A DNA stretch of 64,000 bases from Candidatus Latescibacterota bacterium (GCA_965248435.1 OZ252100.1:4914102-4978101); one strand, 5' to 3'; counted from the stretch's first letter, positions 46,732 through 58,646 are shown. Numbers and translations are program-made. The notes: a model not told the origin generated them from the letters alone.

Positions 46732-47244
46732 ATGAATCAGAAACAGCATCAACTGATGAAGATCCTTCAAAAGATCAGTGTGTTTCAAGGCCTCGAGATT
46801 TCGGAAGCCGAGCGCCTGATTCAAATTTGCAAGTTCCAGCAGTACGAAGATAATGAGCATATCTATAATGAGGGTCAGGCCAGCTCGGAGATGCTCGTCC
46901 TGATGCAGGGGAAGTTGCTTGTGGTCGGCCCAGCAGGTAACGTGTTCGGAGAGGTCAAGCCAGGGCAGCCGACCGGGGAGATGGGCGTCTTCACCGGGCA
47001 TCGCCGCTCGGCGAACATCGTTGCCGCCGAGAAGTCAGCTGCGCTTACGATCCAGAAGAAGGACCTCGACGAGCTTATGGATCAGGACCGCGAGATCAAG
47101 GCGAAGGTGCTTTCGAATGTGGTGGGCTTCCTTTCGCTGCGTCTCGAGGAATCCAACAAGCTGGTCGCGAAATACAGAACGGAAGTGGAAGAGCTGAAGG
47201 CGCAGGTTGCCGAGCAAGGTTCTCAGGTTTCCGAGGAAGGTTGA
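46732..47244 (+). CDS. cyclic nucleotide-binding domain protein
   Basis: cNMP-binding beta-roll ('FGEVKPGQPTGEMGVFTGHRRSANIVA') with a C-terminal coiled coil. Confidence 0.6.
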   Translation: MNQKQHQLMKILQKISVFQGLEISEAERLIQICKFQQYEDNEHIYNEGQASSEMLVLMQGKLLVVGPAGNVFGEVKPGQPTGEMGVFTGHRRSANIVAAEKSAALTIQKKDLDELMDQDREIKAKVLSNVVGFLSLRLEESNKLVAKYRTEVEELKAQVAEQGSQVSEEG

Positions 47245-47339
47245 GAGGGTCGAATTCGCGCAGATGATGGAAGAGGGGCAGATCCAAGGATCCGCCCCTC
47301 TTTTGTTTCTTCATATTATGACGATCTCGAAAGATCGTT

Positions 47340-48195
47340 GTTGATTACCAGGGAGGGGTGCCCCGAAGGGCTTGCCCCTGCAAGATTTAAAGCAGGGGGC
47401 GGGGTGGGTTATATCGCGAGCACAAAAAATCATGCCTCCGGCGGCCGCACAATTGCGGATTTGGGATTGCGGAATGAAAGGCAAAAGGGCGTGTTTTCGG
47501 AATCAGAAAATAAATGTGGTAGGAGCCAGCTCCTGCTGGCGAACCCATGAATGGGGCTTCGCATTCGAGGGTTTCCGATCGATGAATCGGTCGTGTCCCA
47601 CAGGACACGACCTGAGACGATCCACCAACGACGGCCCTTGCCTCCGGCGGAGAGGCCAGTTCCCTCCTGGTCGGGGTGGGTAATATCGCGAACTTCACAA
47701 CATCATGCCTCCGGCGGCCCGCCCGTCGGCTCGCTGTCTTCGATCACGAACTCGCCGTGGATAATCACGAAGTCGATGCCGACAGGCTTCTGAATGTTAC
47801 CGGTACCCAACTTTTCTTGCTCGCCCAAGAAAAGGCCTACCGCAACCGCCACCCTGGGGCACAGCGCGGCTGTGCCCCTACACTCCAAGATTTCGCCGCA
47901 GGGGCGCGGCGTGCCGCGCCCGAGGACAAAAGAAAGGCGCCCCTCAGGCGCCGGGGAGGCTTCGGCCGCGGTACCTCACCCTCAGTGGCATAAACAGTCC
48001 ACGGCAGGAGGGCCAAATCCTCACCACGCGCTCGCGATCACTGAGGAACCCACCCGCTGGGAGGAGAAATGGGCTGGTTGCATCGGAGTCGCACACCGCG
48101 GCCCCGACGGTTTTGAGCGATGACATTGCTTTCGTTCAATTCTTCCCCCTTTATCAAAGGGGGACCGAGGGGGATTTCGAAATGTATCACAATTA
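47340..48195. repeat. R1 composite copy, the longest (module D + two ATGCCTCCGGCGGCC motifs + A + gene fragment + B + C3 + R2)
   Basis: Module order read directly from the sequence. Ends with cccccttt-atc-aaaggggg and 'gagggggatttcgaaatgtatcac'. Confidence 0.7.
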
Positions 48196-49155
48196 TTGTT
48201 TTTGTACGAGATAGCCGAGGCGTTTGTCCACGACGTTCAGGAGGGGTTCGCCTTCCAAATAACGGCGGAGGTTTTCAACGAAGATGTCACCCTGGTTGTC
48301 CCAGCCTTCTGCTGACCAGCCTGCGACGTGGGGGGTGAGGACGACGTTCTCCATGTCCCACAACGGGCTGGACTCTGGGAGCGGCTCTTGTTCGAATACG
48401 TCCAGCCCGGCGCCCCCGATCTTGTTCGACTGAAGCGCCTGGATGAGGTCGGATTCGTTGATGATGCCGCCTCGGGCCACGTTGACGACCAGGGCCGTCT
48501 CTTTCATGTGGTCGAAACACTCCGCATTCAGGAGCCCTTTCGTCCTCGCATTCAGAGGCAGGGCCACGGCGACGACATCTGCTAGAGAAAGGGCTTCCAG
48601 CATGCCCTCCGGTTTGAAGATTCGATCCACGCCTTCAGGAGGCGTTTCTACCTGCGCGTCTACCGCGATGACCTCCATGCCCAGTGCGTGGAGTCGACTG
48701 ACCATGCCCCGCCCGATGCTGCCGAGCCCGAGGACGCAGACGCACTTTCCCTCGATCTGGGTGACTGTGCGATTCCGCTCCCACGTCCGGGTTTTGCGGT
48801 TTCGCTCGAAGTGAGAGATCAGGCGGGTAGAAGCCAGTATCAGCGAGATTGCGTGCTCCGCCATCGCCGTGTCGTAGGCCCCGGCGGTGTTGGTCATGAT
48901 GACGTCGCTTTCGATCATCTCAGGGTAGAGCATGGTCTCGAACCCGACCCCGATGCTCTGGACCCAGCGAAGCTGCTTGGCGGCCAGGAAGGCGTCCCTC
49001 GGAATCCGACCGTAGACCACCTCCGCATCCCCGACTTCGCTCATCAGGTCGGCATCCTTCACTGCGATTGCGTTTACCCTGGGTGATATCTCCCGCATGG
49101 CGGGGACCCACCTATCCCATTCCCCTTCCATCATCACGAGCTTGATTTCTGACAC
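48193..49155 (-). CDS. D-isomer-specific 2-hydroxyacid dehydrogenase
   Basis: 'GKCVCVLGLGSIGRGM' NAD-binding motif and catalytic R/E/H residues. Confidence 0.75.
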   Translation of the reverse strand: MSEIKLVMMEGEWDRWVPAMREISPRVNAIAVKDADLMSEVGDAEVVYGRIPRDAFLAAKQLRWVQSIGVGFETMLYPEMIESDVIMTNTAGAYDTAMAEHAISLILASTRLISHFERNRKTRTWERNRTVTQIEGKCVCVLGLGSIGRGMVSRLHALGMEVIAVDAQVETPPEGVDRIFKPEGMLEALSLADVVAVALPLNARTKGLLNAECFDHMKETALVVNVARGGIINESDLIQALQSNKIGGAGLDVFEQEPLPESSPLWDMENVVLTPHVAGWSAEGWDNQGDIFVENLRRYLEGEPLLNVVDKRLGYLVQKQ

Positions 49156-49234
49156 GAGCGATCCCTTTCTCCAGTTGTTTGTGAAACGCTAGGGGTAGGA
49201 TCAAACGTTTGCAAATCGGGGGGCAAAATGCCTT

Positions 49235-49600
49235 GGACATTCGCCTGTCACCACAACTTCCCCGTGCCTCCGGCGGCCTACTTGTCTCGCCACAAGAAAA
49301 GTAGGCAAAAGAAAGGCGCCGCTCAAGCGCCGCGGAGGCTTGGGCCGCGGCACCTTACCCTCAGCGGACCGATCGGACGCAGCAAAAGCCCATACTCCTC
49401 CCCCCACCTTACGCCCGCTGTGGGACCCGCCCCCACTCCGCGAATTTCCATTCGCCCCTGCCAACACCCCGAACCCCGCACCGTCCCACAGAGGGCCCCA
49501 ACCCCTTGGGAGAACGAACATTGGTGGTCGCAAAGGAGTCGCACACCGCGGCCCTGAGGCATTCGGCGGACCCACCGCAATTGCAATCGTCGCAACGCGC
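49235..49600. repeat. R1 copy (B + divergent C)
   Basis: gtgcctccggcggcc variant and ctacttgtctcgccacaagaaaagtag hairpin. Closing stem GGCCGCGGCACC...GCACACCGCGGCC. Confidence 0.6.
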
Positions 49601-49690
49601 GGACTTGCGAGATTTCCTGAGTTCACGTATCATTATGCCGCTATGAGAAACCATGATATGAAAAAATCCTCAGTTCGCAAGGAGTAGCCG

Positions 49691-50683
49691 ATGGCGGGAA
49701 GGGTTAACGTCTACGGAATCGGAAACGCCCTGGTAGACATCCAGTATCGCGTCGAACCGGACTACCTGGCCAGGATGCAGATCGAAAAGGGCGTGATGAC
49801 GCTGATCGAGGAAGCGCGCCATCACGAGCTGGTCGAGGGTCTCCAGGCGCTTTCTTCTGAACGTGCTTCAGGTGGCTCGGCGGCGAACACGATGATCGCG
49901 GTGGCCAACATGGGCGGAAGCGCCCACTATGGGTGCAAGGTCGCCCGGGATGAATTTGGCGATTTTTATCTGAATGACCTGGAAGCAGCCGGGGTGGGGT
50001 CCGATCCGTCTAATCGCGGGGAAGGGATAACGGGAAAGTGCCTGGTCTTCATCACGCCCGATGCGGATCGAACCATGAACACCTTCCTTGGCATCACGAG
50101 CACGTTCGGGCCCGACCAGATCGACGAAGAGGTCGTGAGCCAGAGCGACTATCTCTACATCGAAGGCTACCTGCTTTCCTCCGATACCGGGTTCGAGGCG
50201 GCGCTTCTGGCTCAGTCGCAGGCGCACGACCACGGGACGCCTGTCGCGATTACGCTGAGTGATCCCTTCATCGTGAGTGTCTTCAAGGAGCGTGTGCAGA
50301 CGATTCTGGAGCGCGGGGTGGATCTCCTCTTTTGCAATGATGCGGAAGCGATGGCCTACACGGAAACCTCAAAGATCGATGAAGCCTGTTCGGCCCTTTC
50401 CCGGGCGGTGGGATTCTTCGCGGTGACGTGCGGAGCCAGGGGGGCCGTGATCGGTGATCGAGATCGAACCATGGAGGTAGACGGCTTCAAGGTGGACGCA
50501 GTGGACACGAATGGCGCGGGGGATTCGTTCGCGGGTGCGTACCTGTTCGGGATCACGAACGGGTACGATGTTGGCGACGCGGGGAAGCTCGCGACCTATG
50601 TCTCTTCCCGTGTCGTCGCCAAGTACGGGCCCCGGCTTGACGCCTCTCTTAAAGGAGAAGTGGACCGGATTCTATCTCTCTAA
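49691..50683 (+). CDS. PfkB-family carbohydrate/adenosine kinase
   Basis: N-terminal 'GIGNALVDI' and C-terminal 'DTNGAGDSFAGAYLFG' PfkB signatures. Confidence 0.75.
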   Translation: MAGRVNVYGIGNALVDIQYRVEPDYLARMQIEKGVMTLIEEARHHELVEGLQALSSERASGGSAANTMIAVANMGGSAHYGCKVARDEFGDFYLNDLEAAGVGSDPSNRGEGITGKCLVFITPDADRTMNTFLGITSTFGPDQIDEEVVSQSDYLYIEGYLLSSDTGFEAALLAQSQAHDHGTPVAITLSDPFIVSVFKERVQTILERGVDLLFCNDAEAMAYTETSKIDEACSALSRAVGFFAVTCGARGAVIGDRDRTMEVDGFKVDAVDTNGAGDSFAGAYLFGITNGYDVGDAGKLATYVSSRVVAKYGPRLDASLKGEVDRILSL

Positions 50684-51950
50684 GTTGGCCCCGCGACTCG
50701 CTGAATGGGAATGTCGTCTTCTGACGGCATTCCCACCTCTCCGTTCTCCGCCTTCCAGATTACCGGCATCGTCGTGGCTACACCCACCACAGAGGCTACC
50801 GCGGCCGCTCCAAACAGCCCCACCGCGAGGGGCGCCCCCATTCCTTCTGCCATCGCTCCCAAGGTCAATTTTCCCACAGGTCCAAACCCGATCGCGAGCG
50901 CAACCGCCCCCATGGCACGGCTTCGCATCTCGTCAGAGGCCCGAAGCAGCACGATTGAGCTTTGCATAATCCCGAACCAGGACTGGCCGACCCCGAAAAG
51001 GAACATCAGTGCTATAGATAGATGAAAATTCGTAGAGGCCGAAAACCCGATCACGGTCGTTGACATCACGAAGGCACCAAGGCAGTAGACCCACCCGTTG
51101 CCGATCGATCGCCGCATCCTGTTGATGAGGAGCAGTGCAAGCAGCGAGCCGAGCCCGGGGGCCTTCCGAGGATACCGAGTCCGACCGGACCCTGTCCCAG
51201 AATATCTCGAGCGAATATTGGGTGGAGCACCTTGTGAGGGAAGATCAGGAAGTTCATGGCAGCCGTGATCAGCAGGGCTGCGAGGATCAAACGGCTGCCG
51301 ATGATGTAAGCCAGGCCGCCCAGGATCTGTTTGCCGGGAGAAGCTCCGGGTGTTTTGAACTGGGGAGCGTCGGGCACCGAAATGCGGGTCGTGAAGAACA
51401 GCCCGATTCCCGAAAAGACCGTCATCATCGCAAAGCAGCCCACGGGACCCGCGGCATCGATCAGGAATCCTGCCGTAAAGGGGCCCAGGAGCCGCGCGAT
51501 ACTCTGGAAGAAGCTGTCCAAAAGTACACCGTCTACAATCCTGGACTTTCCCACCAGATCGGGCATCAGTGAGCGCCGAGTCGGGAAATCCACGGCCCAC
51601 CCGATGCCGAGGATGAAGGAGCCGACCGCAAGGTGCCAGAAAGAGAGCGTGTCGGTCCACAGGAGGAGGACGATGGCGAACTGGACAAGGAAATTCAGTC
51701 CCTGGCTGAGCCCCACCAACCTCACGCGACCGAATCGGTCTCCGATCGGTCCTGAGAAAAAGCCGATGAACATCAGCGGCGCGGCGCGATAAAAACCGAT
51801 GAGAGAAACCATCCAGGCCGAATTCGTCAATTCCAGGGTGAGCCACCCGACGACGATCATCTCCATCCACATGCAAAGCCACCAGAGCGTGTTGCTGCTC
51901 AGCAGGAATCGATAGCTCGGGTTGGCGAGCGGCGCCAATCCCCCGCTCAT
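50680..51950 (-). pseudogene. MFS transporter with a frameshift in a C5 homopolymer
   Basis: The N-terminal ~250 aa (ORF 51066..51950) and the C-terminal ~130 aa (in ORF 50680..51882) are both MFS-like. The frames join by a 1-nt shift at 'ggaaggcccccggg' (~51155). Confidence 0.55.
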
Positions 51951-51974
51951 GATGGAGGTTTTCTTATTTTCAGT

Positions 51975-53025
51975 CAGCTGGATTCAATGACTAAGTGCAA
52001 CACTTGGACTTGAAGACTTCAGCTGGTGTTTTGAAGTTAAGACATTTTCTTGGTCGGTTGTTGATCCGGTTCTGAATTTTCTTTAACTCGTGTTTGCTGA
52101 CCTTTGAGAAGTCTGTCTTCTTGGGGAGGTATCTGCGGACCAGACCGATAGCGTTTTCCACAGCGCCTCGCTCCCAGCTGTGGAACGGTTTGCAGAAATA
52201 GGATTTGGTGCCAAGCACCTCGTTGACCCGTTGATGTTGGCCGTTTTCGGATCCGTTGTCATATGTGATGCTCTTCCTCATGTGGGGAGGATGTCGCCCA
52301 AGGCGTCGATTAATCGCTTCGGCGACCTCCGAGGGTCCGTTCTTTGCCAGCTTAGCCAGGTGTAGGTATCTCGACGATCGCTCAAGACAAGCGCCAACGG
52401 CCTGTTTGCTCTCACGAGAGATGATGGTGTCGGATTCCCAGTGGCCAGGTTGTTTCCGTTTTTCGATGTAACGGGGACGTCGATCGATCGAAATACGGCC
52501 TGGAATGTGGCTTTCCCGGTGTTTTCGGGTATGCCACCGCGGCTTTCGTTTTTTGTGAGCTCGGGATAAGCAAGCAACCAGATCCCGCTGCTTGTGCACC
52601 TTTGGATCGTAGATATACTGGTAGATGGCTTCGTGGCTGATACCCGCGCTCGGACGCTCCTCGGGAAGCCTCCCAGCGATCAACTCGGGAGACCATCCTT
52701 GCTTGAGTTTGGTCTCGACATATCGCCGGATAACCGGATTCTTCAGCCGTTTCCGCTTGCCGGCCTCCCGCTTACGTTTCTCAGCCCTTCTGTGAGCCTG
52801 GAGGCCCGAGTAACTCTCAGCTATCGGGGACGGATTACGTTTCAACTCTCTTGAAATCGTGCTGGCGCTCCGGTCAAGGGCCTTGGCAATATCTCTAAGG
52901 CTTGCACCAGTGGCTCGACAAAGCGCAATCTGCTCGCGTTCGTCTATCGTAAGATGCTTGTAATTGTTTCCCATACACTTAGGATAGGACAGTTGCTACC
53001 CTAAGTGTTGCACTTCCTTATTGAA
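51975..53025 (-). mobile_element. IS30-family insertion sequence
   Basis: Low GC. Single transposase gene. Terminal inverted repeats share AAGTGCAACACTT(G/A)GG (left ~51975-52005, right ~52995-53025). Confidence 0.7.
51991..52974 (-). CDS. IS30-family transposase
   Basis: 327 aa. N-terminal HTH ('LTIDEREQIALCRATGASLRDIAKALDRSASTISRELKRN') and a DDE core ('WESDTI', 'ITYDNGSE'). Confidence 0.8.
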   Translation of the reverse strand: MGNNYKHLTIDEREQIALCRATGASLRDIAKALDRSASTISRELKRNPSPIAESYSGLQAHRRAEKRKREAGKRKRLKNPVIRRYVETKLKQGWSPELIAGRLPEERPSAGISHEAIYQYIYDPKVHKQRDLVACLSRAHKKRKPRWHTRKHRESHIPGRISIDRRPRYIEKRKQPGHWESDTIISRESKQAVGACLERSSRYLHLAKLAKNGPSEVAEAINRRLGRHPPHMRKSITYDNGSENGQHQRVNEVLGTKSYFCKPFHSWERGAVENAIGLVRRYLPKKTDFSKVSKHELKKIQNRINNRPRKCLNFKTPAEVFKSKCCT

Positions 53026-53164
53026 CTCAGGTCATGGATAGCAATCAGATCGAAGAGGCTGCGCCATCAGGTGGGCCTGGACCACGGCGCGGTCAAATTT
53101 ATTCGCCGCCAGGAGGCGGCTCCTACCGGATCTACCGGTGTTTGAATTCATGTCATTCCCTCAA

Positions 53165-53660
53165 GTCATGTATAAGGTAGGAGCCAGCTCCTGCTGGCGA
53201 ACCCCTGAATGGGGGATTCATATTCAAGGGGCATATCAAACGAGGATCACAAGGTTCACAAAATCATGCCTCCGGCGGCCTACCCTTCGGCAGGCTCAGG
53301 GCATGCTTTTCTTGCTCGCCCAAGAAAAGTTGGACAAAAGAAAGGCTCCCCTCAGCCCCTCGATACACCGATCGCTCCCAGAAGCGGTCGCGGTCGGCAC
53401 TCGGGGGCTATTTTTCCGCTGAACCGTCCCAGTGGCCTTAGAGAGATAAGTGTCCTTGGATCTTTTGCGGCCTCTAAGAACGAGGGTGCTTGACGGATAA
53501 GCGCGGAAAAGTCCCACCCCACCCCAAACAGGTGGGTTTCTTCGCGCCTTTCGTGCTTCTTCGTGTCCTTCGTGATCCAGCGTTTGCGATCCACGAACGA
53601 CGGCCTTAGCCTCCGGCGGCCATTGTATGCGTAGGAGCCAACTCCCGTTGGCGACGGGAA
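53165..53660. repeat. R1 copy (A + B + C1) plus a partial A-like fragment at ~53595-53660
   Basis: ggtaggagccagctcctgctggcgaacccctgaatgggg ... atgcctccggcggcc ... C1. Confidence 0.65.
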
Positions 53661-53680
53661 AAATCACGACGTTGGAAGAA

Positions 53681-55143
53681 CTACCCGAAGAGCTTCCAGA
53701 AGAGACCCCATCCGCTGACGCAGGCCGACGTGATCAGGATCGCCGCGGACACAAGTGCGCCCAGAAGCACGGGGGGGCGAGTGCGATACGGACGCGGCAG
53801 TTTGAAGTTGAGATAGATGGCCGCGATCATGATCAAAGCGATGGCGAAGTTGGCGAGCATGAAGCCCGCGATTTGGGTCAGGATGTCGAAGGGAATGTTG
53901 AGCCAGACGATGACCATGGTCGTGGCGAGGAGGTAGACGCTGATGATGTGGCGTAGTTTCTGGTAATTCCATTCGCGATGGGGCCACACGGCCTGAAAAA
54001 ACTCGTGCGTGACGCGCGTGTAGATTTCCGGCAGGGCCTGAAGGGTGCCCCACAACGCGGCAACGATGTAGATGTAATAGACGACAACCAGAGACGGGTG
54101 GATGTTGGCCCAGACGTGCGCCTGGTTCGTGAGAAGACTCCATCCCTCGAATCTGGACTCGAGGGGGTAGAGCACGGCCGCACCAGAGAGCATGAAGGCA
54201 GCGGTCACGACGAACAACACGAGCGCTCCCATGCCTACGTCCCATCGCATCGGGGCCGTGAGGTGACGAAGATGAGCTACGGCGTCTGGAGAATCGGGGA
54301 GGTAATCGATCTCGTCCTGAGAGGAGGCGTGTTGGCGGATCTCTTCGATTTTTTCGTGGCCCGTCAAACCCCATCCGTGTAATCCGACCCAGTTGGCGTA
54401 GACGATGTATCCCATGACCGATCCACCGACGTATCCAAACGCGGTCCCCATGGTCAACATGGGGTGGCGGATCGCGTCTTCAGGTGCCCAGGCCGGGAAG
54501 GGAGGCAGATAGCCGAAGCTGAGGCTGCCGGTGAACGCGTCCGAAAAGTCGGGCCGGACGAGCAGGGTCCCGAAAATGGTACCGCAGACCAGAATAAAAC
54601 AGATGGCCAGCTGCTGCTTTTCCAGCCTGTCGTACGAAAGTCGCAGACCGAGCGTCAGGGCGAGTATGATAAAGAGGGAGGTAATCAGGTTTTCCAAAAC
54701 CGTTTCCGAAATCGAAGTGGCGACGCCCTGGAAGAACAGGTAGTAAAACAGGTCTCCACACGGTTTGGCGATGGGCACCCAGGCCAGCGGTGCCCCGATC
54801 ATTTCGATGAGGACCATGGCAATAAGCAGCCAACCGCGGGGACCGGGGAGGTGTACGAGTCTGTGCCCGATGTATTCGCCTGTAAAGGCGGTGTAACGGC
54901 CCAACAGGTAGGTGACGAACAGGCCTTTGACGACACAGCTGAGCAGGACGAGCCACAGGAGATTGTAGCCCGCCCAGGCCCCGGCCCTCACGACGACGAT
55001 CGTCTCTCCTGCCCCGATACTGGCCGAGGCGACGATGGCGGCGGGACCGAATACCGCGAGCAGAGCCCAGAGTTTGCGCAGGGACCAGGGCTCGGCGAAG
55101 ACGCCCTTGACAGGAGGGATCTCTATCTTGCGTGTGTTCACGG
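53681..55143 (-). CDS. NRAMP-family divalent metal transporter (MntH-like)
   Basis: 'ASIGAGETIVVVRAGAWAGYNLLW' resembles the Nramp TM1 consensus. 11-12 TM segments. Start tentatively GTG at ~55141. Confidence 0.55.
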
Positions 55144-55224
55144 CTGGCCGATTCCAGGCGGTGTCGGACGGATGGTCGACATGGAAAAAATCTCCCCTGC
55201 CCCCTCTCGCGACGCTGCGCGGGT

Positions 55225-55550
55225 CCCCTCCCGGGAGGGGTGCCCCGAAGGGGCGGGGTGGGTGCAATCAGGATCTCTGAACAACATGCCTCCGGCGGCC
55301 AACCCTTCGGCAGGCTCAGGGCATGCTTTTCTTGCTCTCGCCCAAGAAAAGTAGGCAAAAGAAGGGCGCCCCTCAGGCGCCGGGGAGGCTCCGGCCGCGG
55401 CACCTCACCCTCAGTGGTATAAACAGTCCACGGCAGGAGGGTCAAATCCTCACCACGCGCTCGCGATCACTGAGGAACCAACCCGCTGGGAGGAGAAATG
55501 GGCTGGTTGCATCGGAGTCGCACACCGCGGCCCCGATTGCATTTGCGAGT
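55225..55550. repeat. R1 copy (D + B + truncated C3)
   Basis: gggaggggtgccccgaagggg...atgcctccggcggccaac... The C3 module is truncated after 'gcacaccgcggcccc'. Confidence 0.65.
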
Positions 55551-55626
55551 ATAAGGCACATTGGTGAAGGTACGTATGTTGGAGAGAGAGGCGAGCGTTC
55601 AGATGGCAGGACTCTGGCGAGTGACC

Positions 55627-56412
55627 TCATATCATCAGGTCGCCGCCGTTGATGTCGAGGGAGGCGCCCGTTATGTATGCCGCCTGGTCGCTCGCGAGAA
55701 AGGCGACGAGGTCGGCGACTTCCTGGGGTTGTCCGAGGCGCGAAATGGGAAAGACGTTCTCGAAATGCTTGATGCGCTCTTCGTCGATCGTGTTGCGAAC
55801 CATTTCGGTGTCGATCAGGCCCGGGCAGACCGAGTTGACCGTGATGCCGAACCCGGCCTCTTCCTTGGCCAGGTGCCGTGTAAAGCCGAGGATTCCGGCC
55901 TTTGCGGCCGTGTAATGGGCGCCACCGACCGTGCTGATGTTCTTGCCTGCCGTTGAGGAGAAGTTGACGATCCGGCCCCAACCGGCGGCCCGCATGCTGG
56001 GCAGGACGGCCTGTGAACAAAGGAAGGTGCCTTTCAGGTTCACTGCGATCACGCGATCCCACTCCGCTTCTTCGATGTCGATCACCGGCGTGGGATACAG
56101 GATGCCGGCGTTGTTGATGAGGATGTGGATCGGCCCGAAACGGTCCTGGGTCTGGCGGACCATCTCTCGAACATTTTCGGAGCGGGTGACGTCGCCCTGG
56201 ATGGCGACGGCCTCCGCGCCTGAATTTTGGAGGGCTTCCGCTGTCGTGTCCGCGCGGTTTTGATCGAGATCGTTGACGACGATGCGCGCGCCGCGGGAGG
56301 CGAGGGTTTCGGCGACGGCGCGGCCCATGCCCTGGCCTGCGCCCGTGATGAGGGCGGTTCTGCCTTCAAGTGATGATGAGTTTGGCAAGCGTCTCTCTTT
56401 GTTGAATGTCAA
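55627..56412 (-). CDS. SDR family oxidoreductase (FabG-like)
   Basis: 'TGAGQGMGRA', 'NNAG' and a Y-x3-K catalytic motif. Start at MILTF (~56412). The open frame continues upstream only because a repeat-borne gene fragment happens to be in frame. Confidence 0.75.
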   Translation of the reverse strand: MTFNKERRLPNSSSLEGRTALITGAGQGMGRAVAETLASRGARIVVNDLDQNRADTTAEALQNSGAEAVAIQGDVTRSENVREMVRQTQDRFGPIHILINNAGILYPTPVIDIEEAEWDRVIAVNLKGTFLCSQAVLPSMRAAGWGRIVNFSSTAGKNISTVGGAHYTAAKAGILGFTRHLAKEEAGFGITVNSVCPGLIDTEMVRNTIDEERIKHFENVFPISRLGQPQEVADLVAFLASDQAAYITGASLDINGGDLMI

Positions 56413-56419
56413 AATCATT

Positions 56420-56735
56420 CCCTCCACCCCACAACCCCATGCCTCCGGCGTCCCGTCCGTCGGCTCGCCGTCTTCGATCACGAACTCGCCGTTGACGAAC
56501 ACGAAGTCGATGCCGACGGGCTTCTGAACGTTTGCTACCGGTACCCAACTTTTCTTGCTCGCCCAAGAAAAGTTGGGCAAAAGAAGGGCGCCCCTCAGGC
56601 GCCGGGGAGGCTGATTTTTCCACGAACTCTCAGTGGCCTTAGAGAGGTTTGTGTCCTTGGATCGTTTGTGACGTCCATAAACGAAGGTGCTTGACGGATA
56701 AGCGCGGAAAAATCCCACCCCTCCCCCCGAGGGAG
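56420..56735. repeat. R1 copy (amidohydrolase 3' fragment + B + C1)
   Basis: Same captured fragment as at 42.2 kb and 47.7 kb. On the minus strand it is in frame with the SDR gene, which creates an artefactual long ORF. Confidence 0.65.
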
Positions 56736-56784
56736 ACGCCTCGGCGGGGCATCTCTACGGGTGATGAATCGGGTCATTCCGCAA

Positions 56785-57990
56785 TTAGATAACGCCGAGG
56801 TTTTTACCCACGTCTTTAAATGCCGCGATCGCCCGATCGAGTTGCTCGCGCGTGTGCGCGGCCGAGAGCTGTACACGTATCCGGGCCTCTCCGCGGGGTA
56901 CGACGGGGAAGCTGAATCCGACGACAAAGATGCCCCTCTGATTGATGGCGCGCGCCATCTCCACGGTGCGGCGCTCGTCCCCGAGCATGATGGGCACGAT
57001 GGGATGGATGCCCGGGAGGATGTTGAATCCCAGGGAGGTCATTTGCTCCCTGAAGAAACGGGTATGTTCCATCAGGGTGTCCCTGAGCTCAGGGCTTTTC
57101 TCGGCCAGGTCGATGGCCTTGAGGGATGCAGAGACGATGGGCGGCGCCACGGTGTTGGAGAAGAGGTAGGGTCGGGATCGCTGTCTCAGATAGTCGATGA
57201 TTTCCTGGCGGCCCGTGGTAAACCCCCCGGACGCACCCCCCAGTGCCTTGCCGAGCGTGCTGGTGGTGACGTCGATCTGTTCAGAGACGCCGAAATGCTC
57301 GGGCGTGCCCCTTCCGGTGGGTCCAAGAAAGCCGGTCGCGTGCGAGTCATCCACCATGACCATGGCGTCGTATCGGTCGGCCAGGTCACAGATCGCATCC
57401 AGCGGAGCGAGGTCGCCCTGCATGCTGAAGACACCGTCCGTGGAGATCAGCTTGAACCGGACGGCATCGGCCGCTTTCAACTTGCTCTCCAGATCGGCCA
57501 TGTCCGAGTGCTGGTAAACGTTTCGCTGTGCCTTGCAGAGTCTGATGCCGTCGATGATGCTCGCGTGATTGAGGGCGTCGCTGAAGATCGCGTCTTCCGG
57601 AGTGAGGAGCGTCTCGAACAGTCCCGCATTGGCGTCGAAGCAGGAGCCATACAGGATCGTGTCTTCCGTTCCAAGAAAGCTGGAGATCCGTCGTTCCAGG
57701 GCCTTGTGGATGTCCTGTGTCCCGCAGATAAACCGGACCGAGGACATCCCGTAGCCGCGCGTCCGCATTCCGTCGACGGCCGCTTGGACCACCTCGGGAT
57801 GATTGGCGAGTCCCAGGTAGTTGTTCGCGCAAAAGTTGATGATTTCCCCATCCGCCGTCTCGATCCGGGATCCTTGAGCGGTGGTGATCTCTTTTTCACC
57901 CTTATAGAGCCCGCTGTCCTGAATGATCTTCAGCTCTTCTTCGAGCCAGGATTTCACTTTCGCGTATGACGCCAACAGAGACCTCCTCAA
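56785..57990 (-). CDS. kbl: glycine C-acetyltransferase (2-amino-3-ketobutyrate CoA ligase)
   Basis: Near-collinear with Kbl as I recall it: '[15 protein letters not shown]', 'RFICGTQD', 'DDSHATGF', PLP lysine in 'TLGKALGG', and 'RSRPYLFSN'. Confidence 0.8.
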   Translation of the reverse strand: MRRSLLASYAKVKSWLEEELKIIQDSGLYKGEKEITTAQGSRIETADGEIINFCANNYLGLANHPEVVQAAVDGMRTRGYGMSSVRFICGTQDIHKALERRISSFLGTEDTILYGSCFDANAGLFETLLTPEDAIFSDALNHASIIDGIRLCKAQRNVYQHSDMADLESKLKAADAVRFKLISTDGVFSMQGDLAPLDAICDLADRYDAMVMVDDSHATGFLGPTGRGTPEHFGVSEQIDVTTSTLGKALGGASGGFTTGRQEIIDYLRQRSRPYLFSNTVAPPIVSASLKAIDLAEKSPELRDTLMEHTRFFREQMTSLGFNILPGIHPIVPIMLGDERRTVEMARAINQRGIFVVGFSFPVVPRGEARIRVQLSAAHTREQLDRAIAAFKDVGKNLGVI

Positions 57991-58049
57991 GACAAAAGTT
58001 CTTCACCAAATGCCGGCGAAGGCGCGGCGGATTTCGAGACAAATCACGT

Positions 58050-58470
58050 TTGACCCACGCAAGAACCGATGCCTCCGGCGGCCTACCCTTCGGCAAGCTC
58101 AGGGCATGCTTTTCTCGTCTCGCCACAAGAAAAGGCCTACCGCAACCGCCACCCTTGGGCACAGCGCGGCTGTGCCCCTACACTCCAGGATTTCGCCGCA
58201 GGGGCTCGGGCCGCGGCACCTCACCCTCAGTGGAAAGGACGGTGGCGGCAATCAGGGCGGGACTCCCGCCCCGCCTGACGCCCATTATGGGACCGGCCCA
58301 GAGGGCCTAACCGCGTGGGAGGTGAAAGAACGAGGTTGCATGGGAGTCGCACACCGCGGCCCTGATGGATTTGAGCGATGCATTTCCCGAGTTTCAGAGC
58401 CGGCAACTGGGCGAGTTCTTAAAATCGAGTTCAGAATTACCCTAACTTCCAACATTCAGCGAAGCCAAGG
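58050..58470. repeat. R1 copy (B + extra hairpin module + C2 + tail)
   Basis: High identity to the copies at 13.1 kb and 42.4 kb. Confidence 0.7.
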
Positions 58471-58646
58471 GTGCTTCGAACCGGCGGATAATTTGCGGAA
58501 CGGTGGTCCAAAATAGGTGATAACCCCTCTAAAAGCAAGGTAGATATGAGCGACTCGAGGTGGGAGTTTCCTTGACTTCAATCCTGGCGATCCCGATATT
58601 TGCGTTTCTTGAAATCCCCTTTTAATCCGATCTGAAAGGCGTTTGC

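Noticed and set aside
55627-56718. 363-aa ORF suggesting an SDR with an N-terminal extension
   Set aside because: The extension is the in-frame amidohydrolase fragment and hairpin sequence of an R1 repeat. The SDR domain starts at MILTF (~56412).
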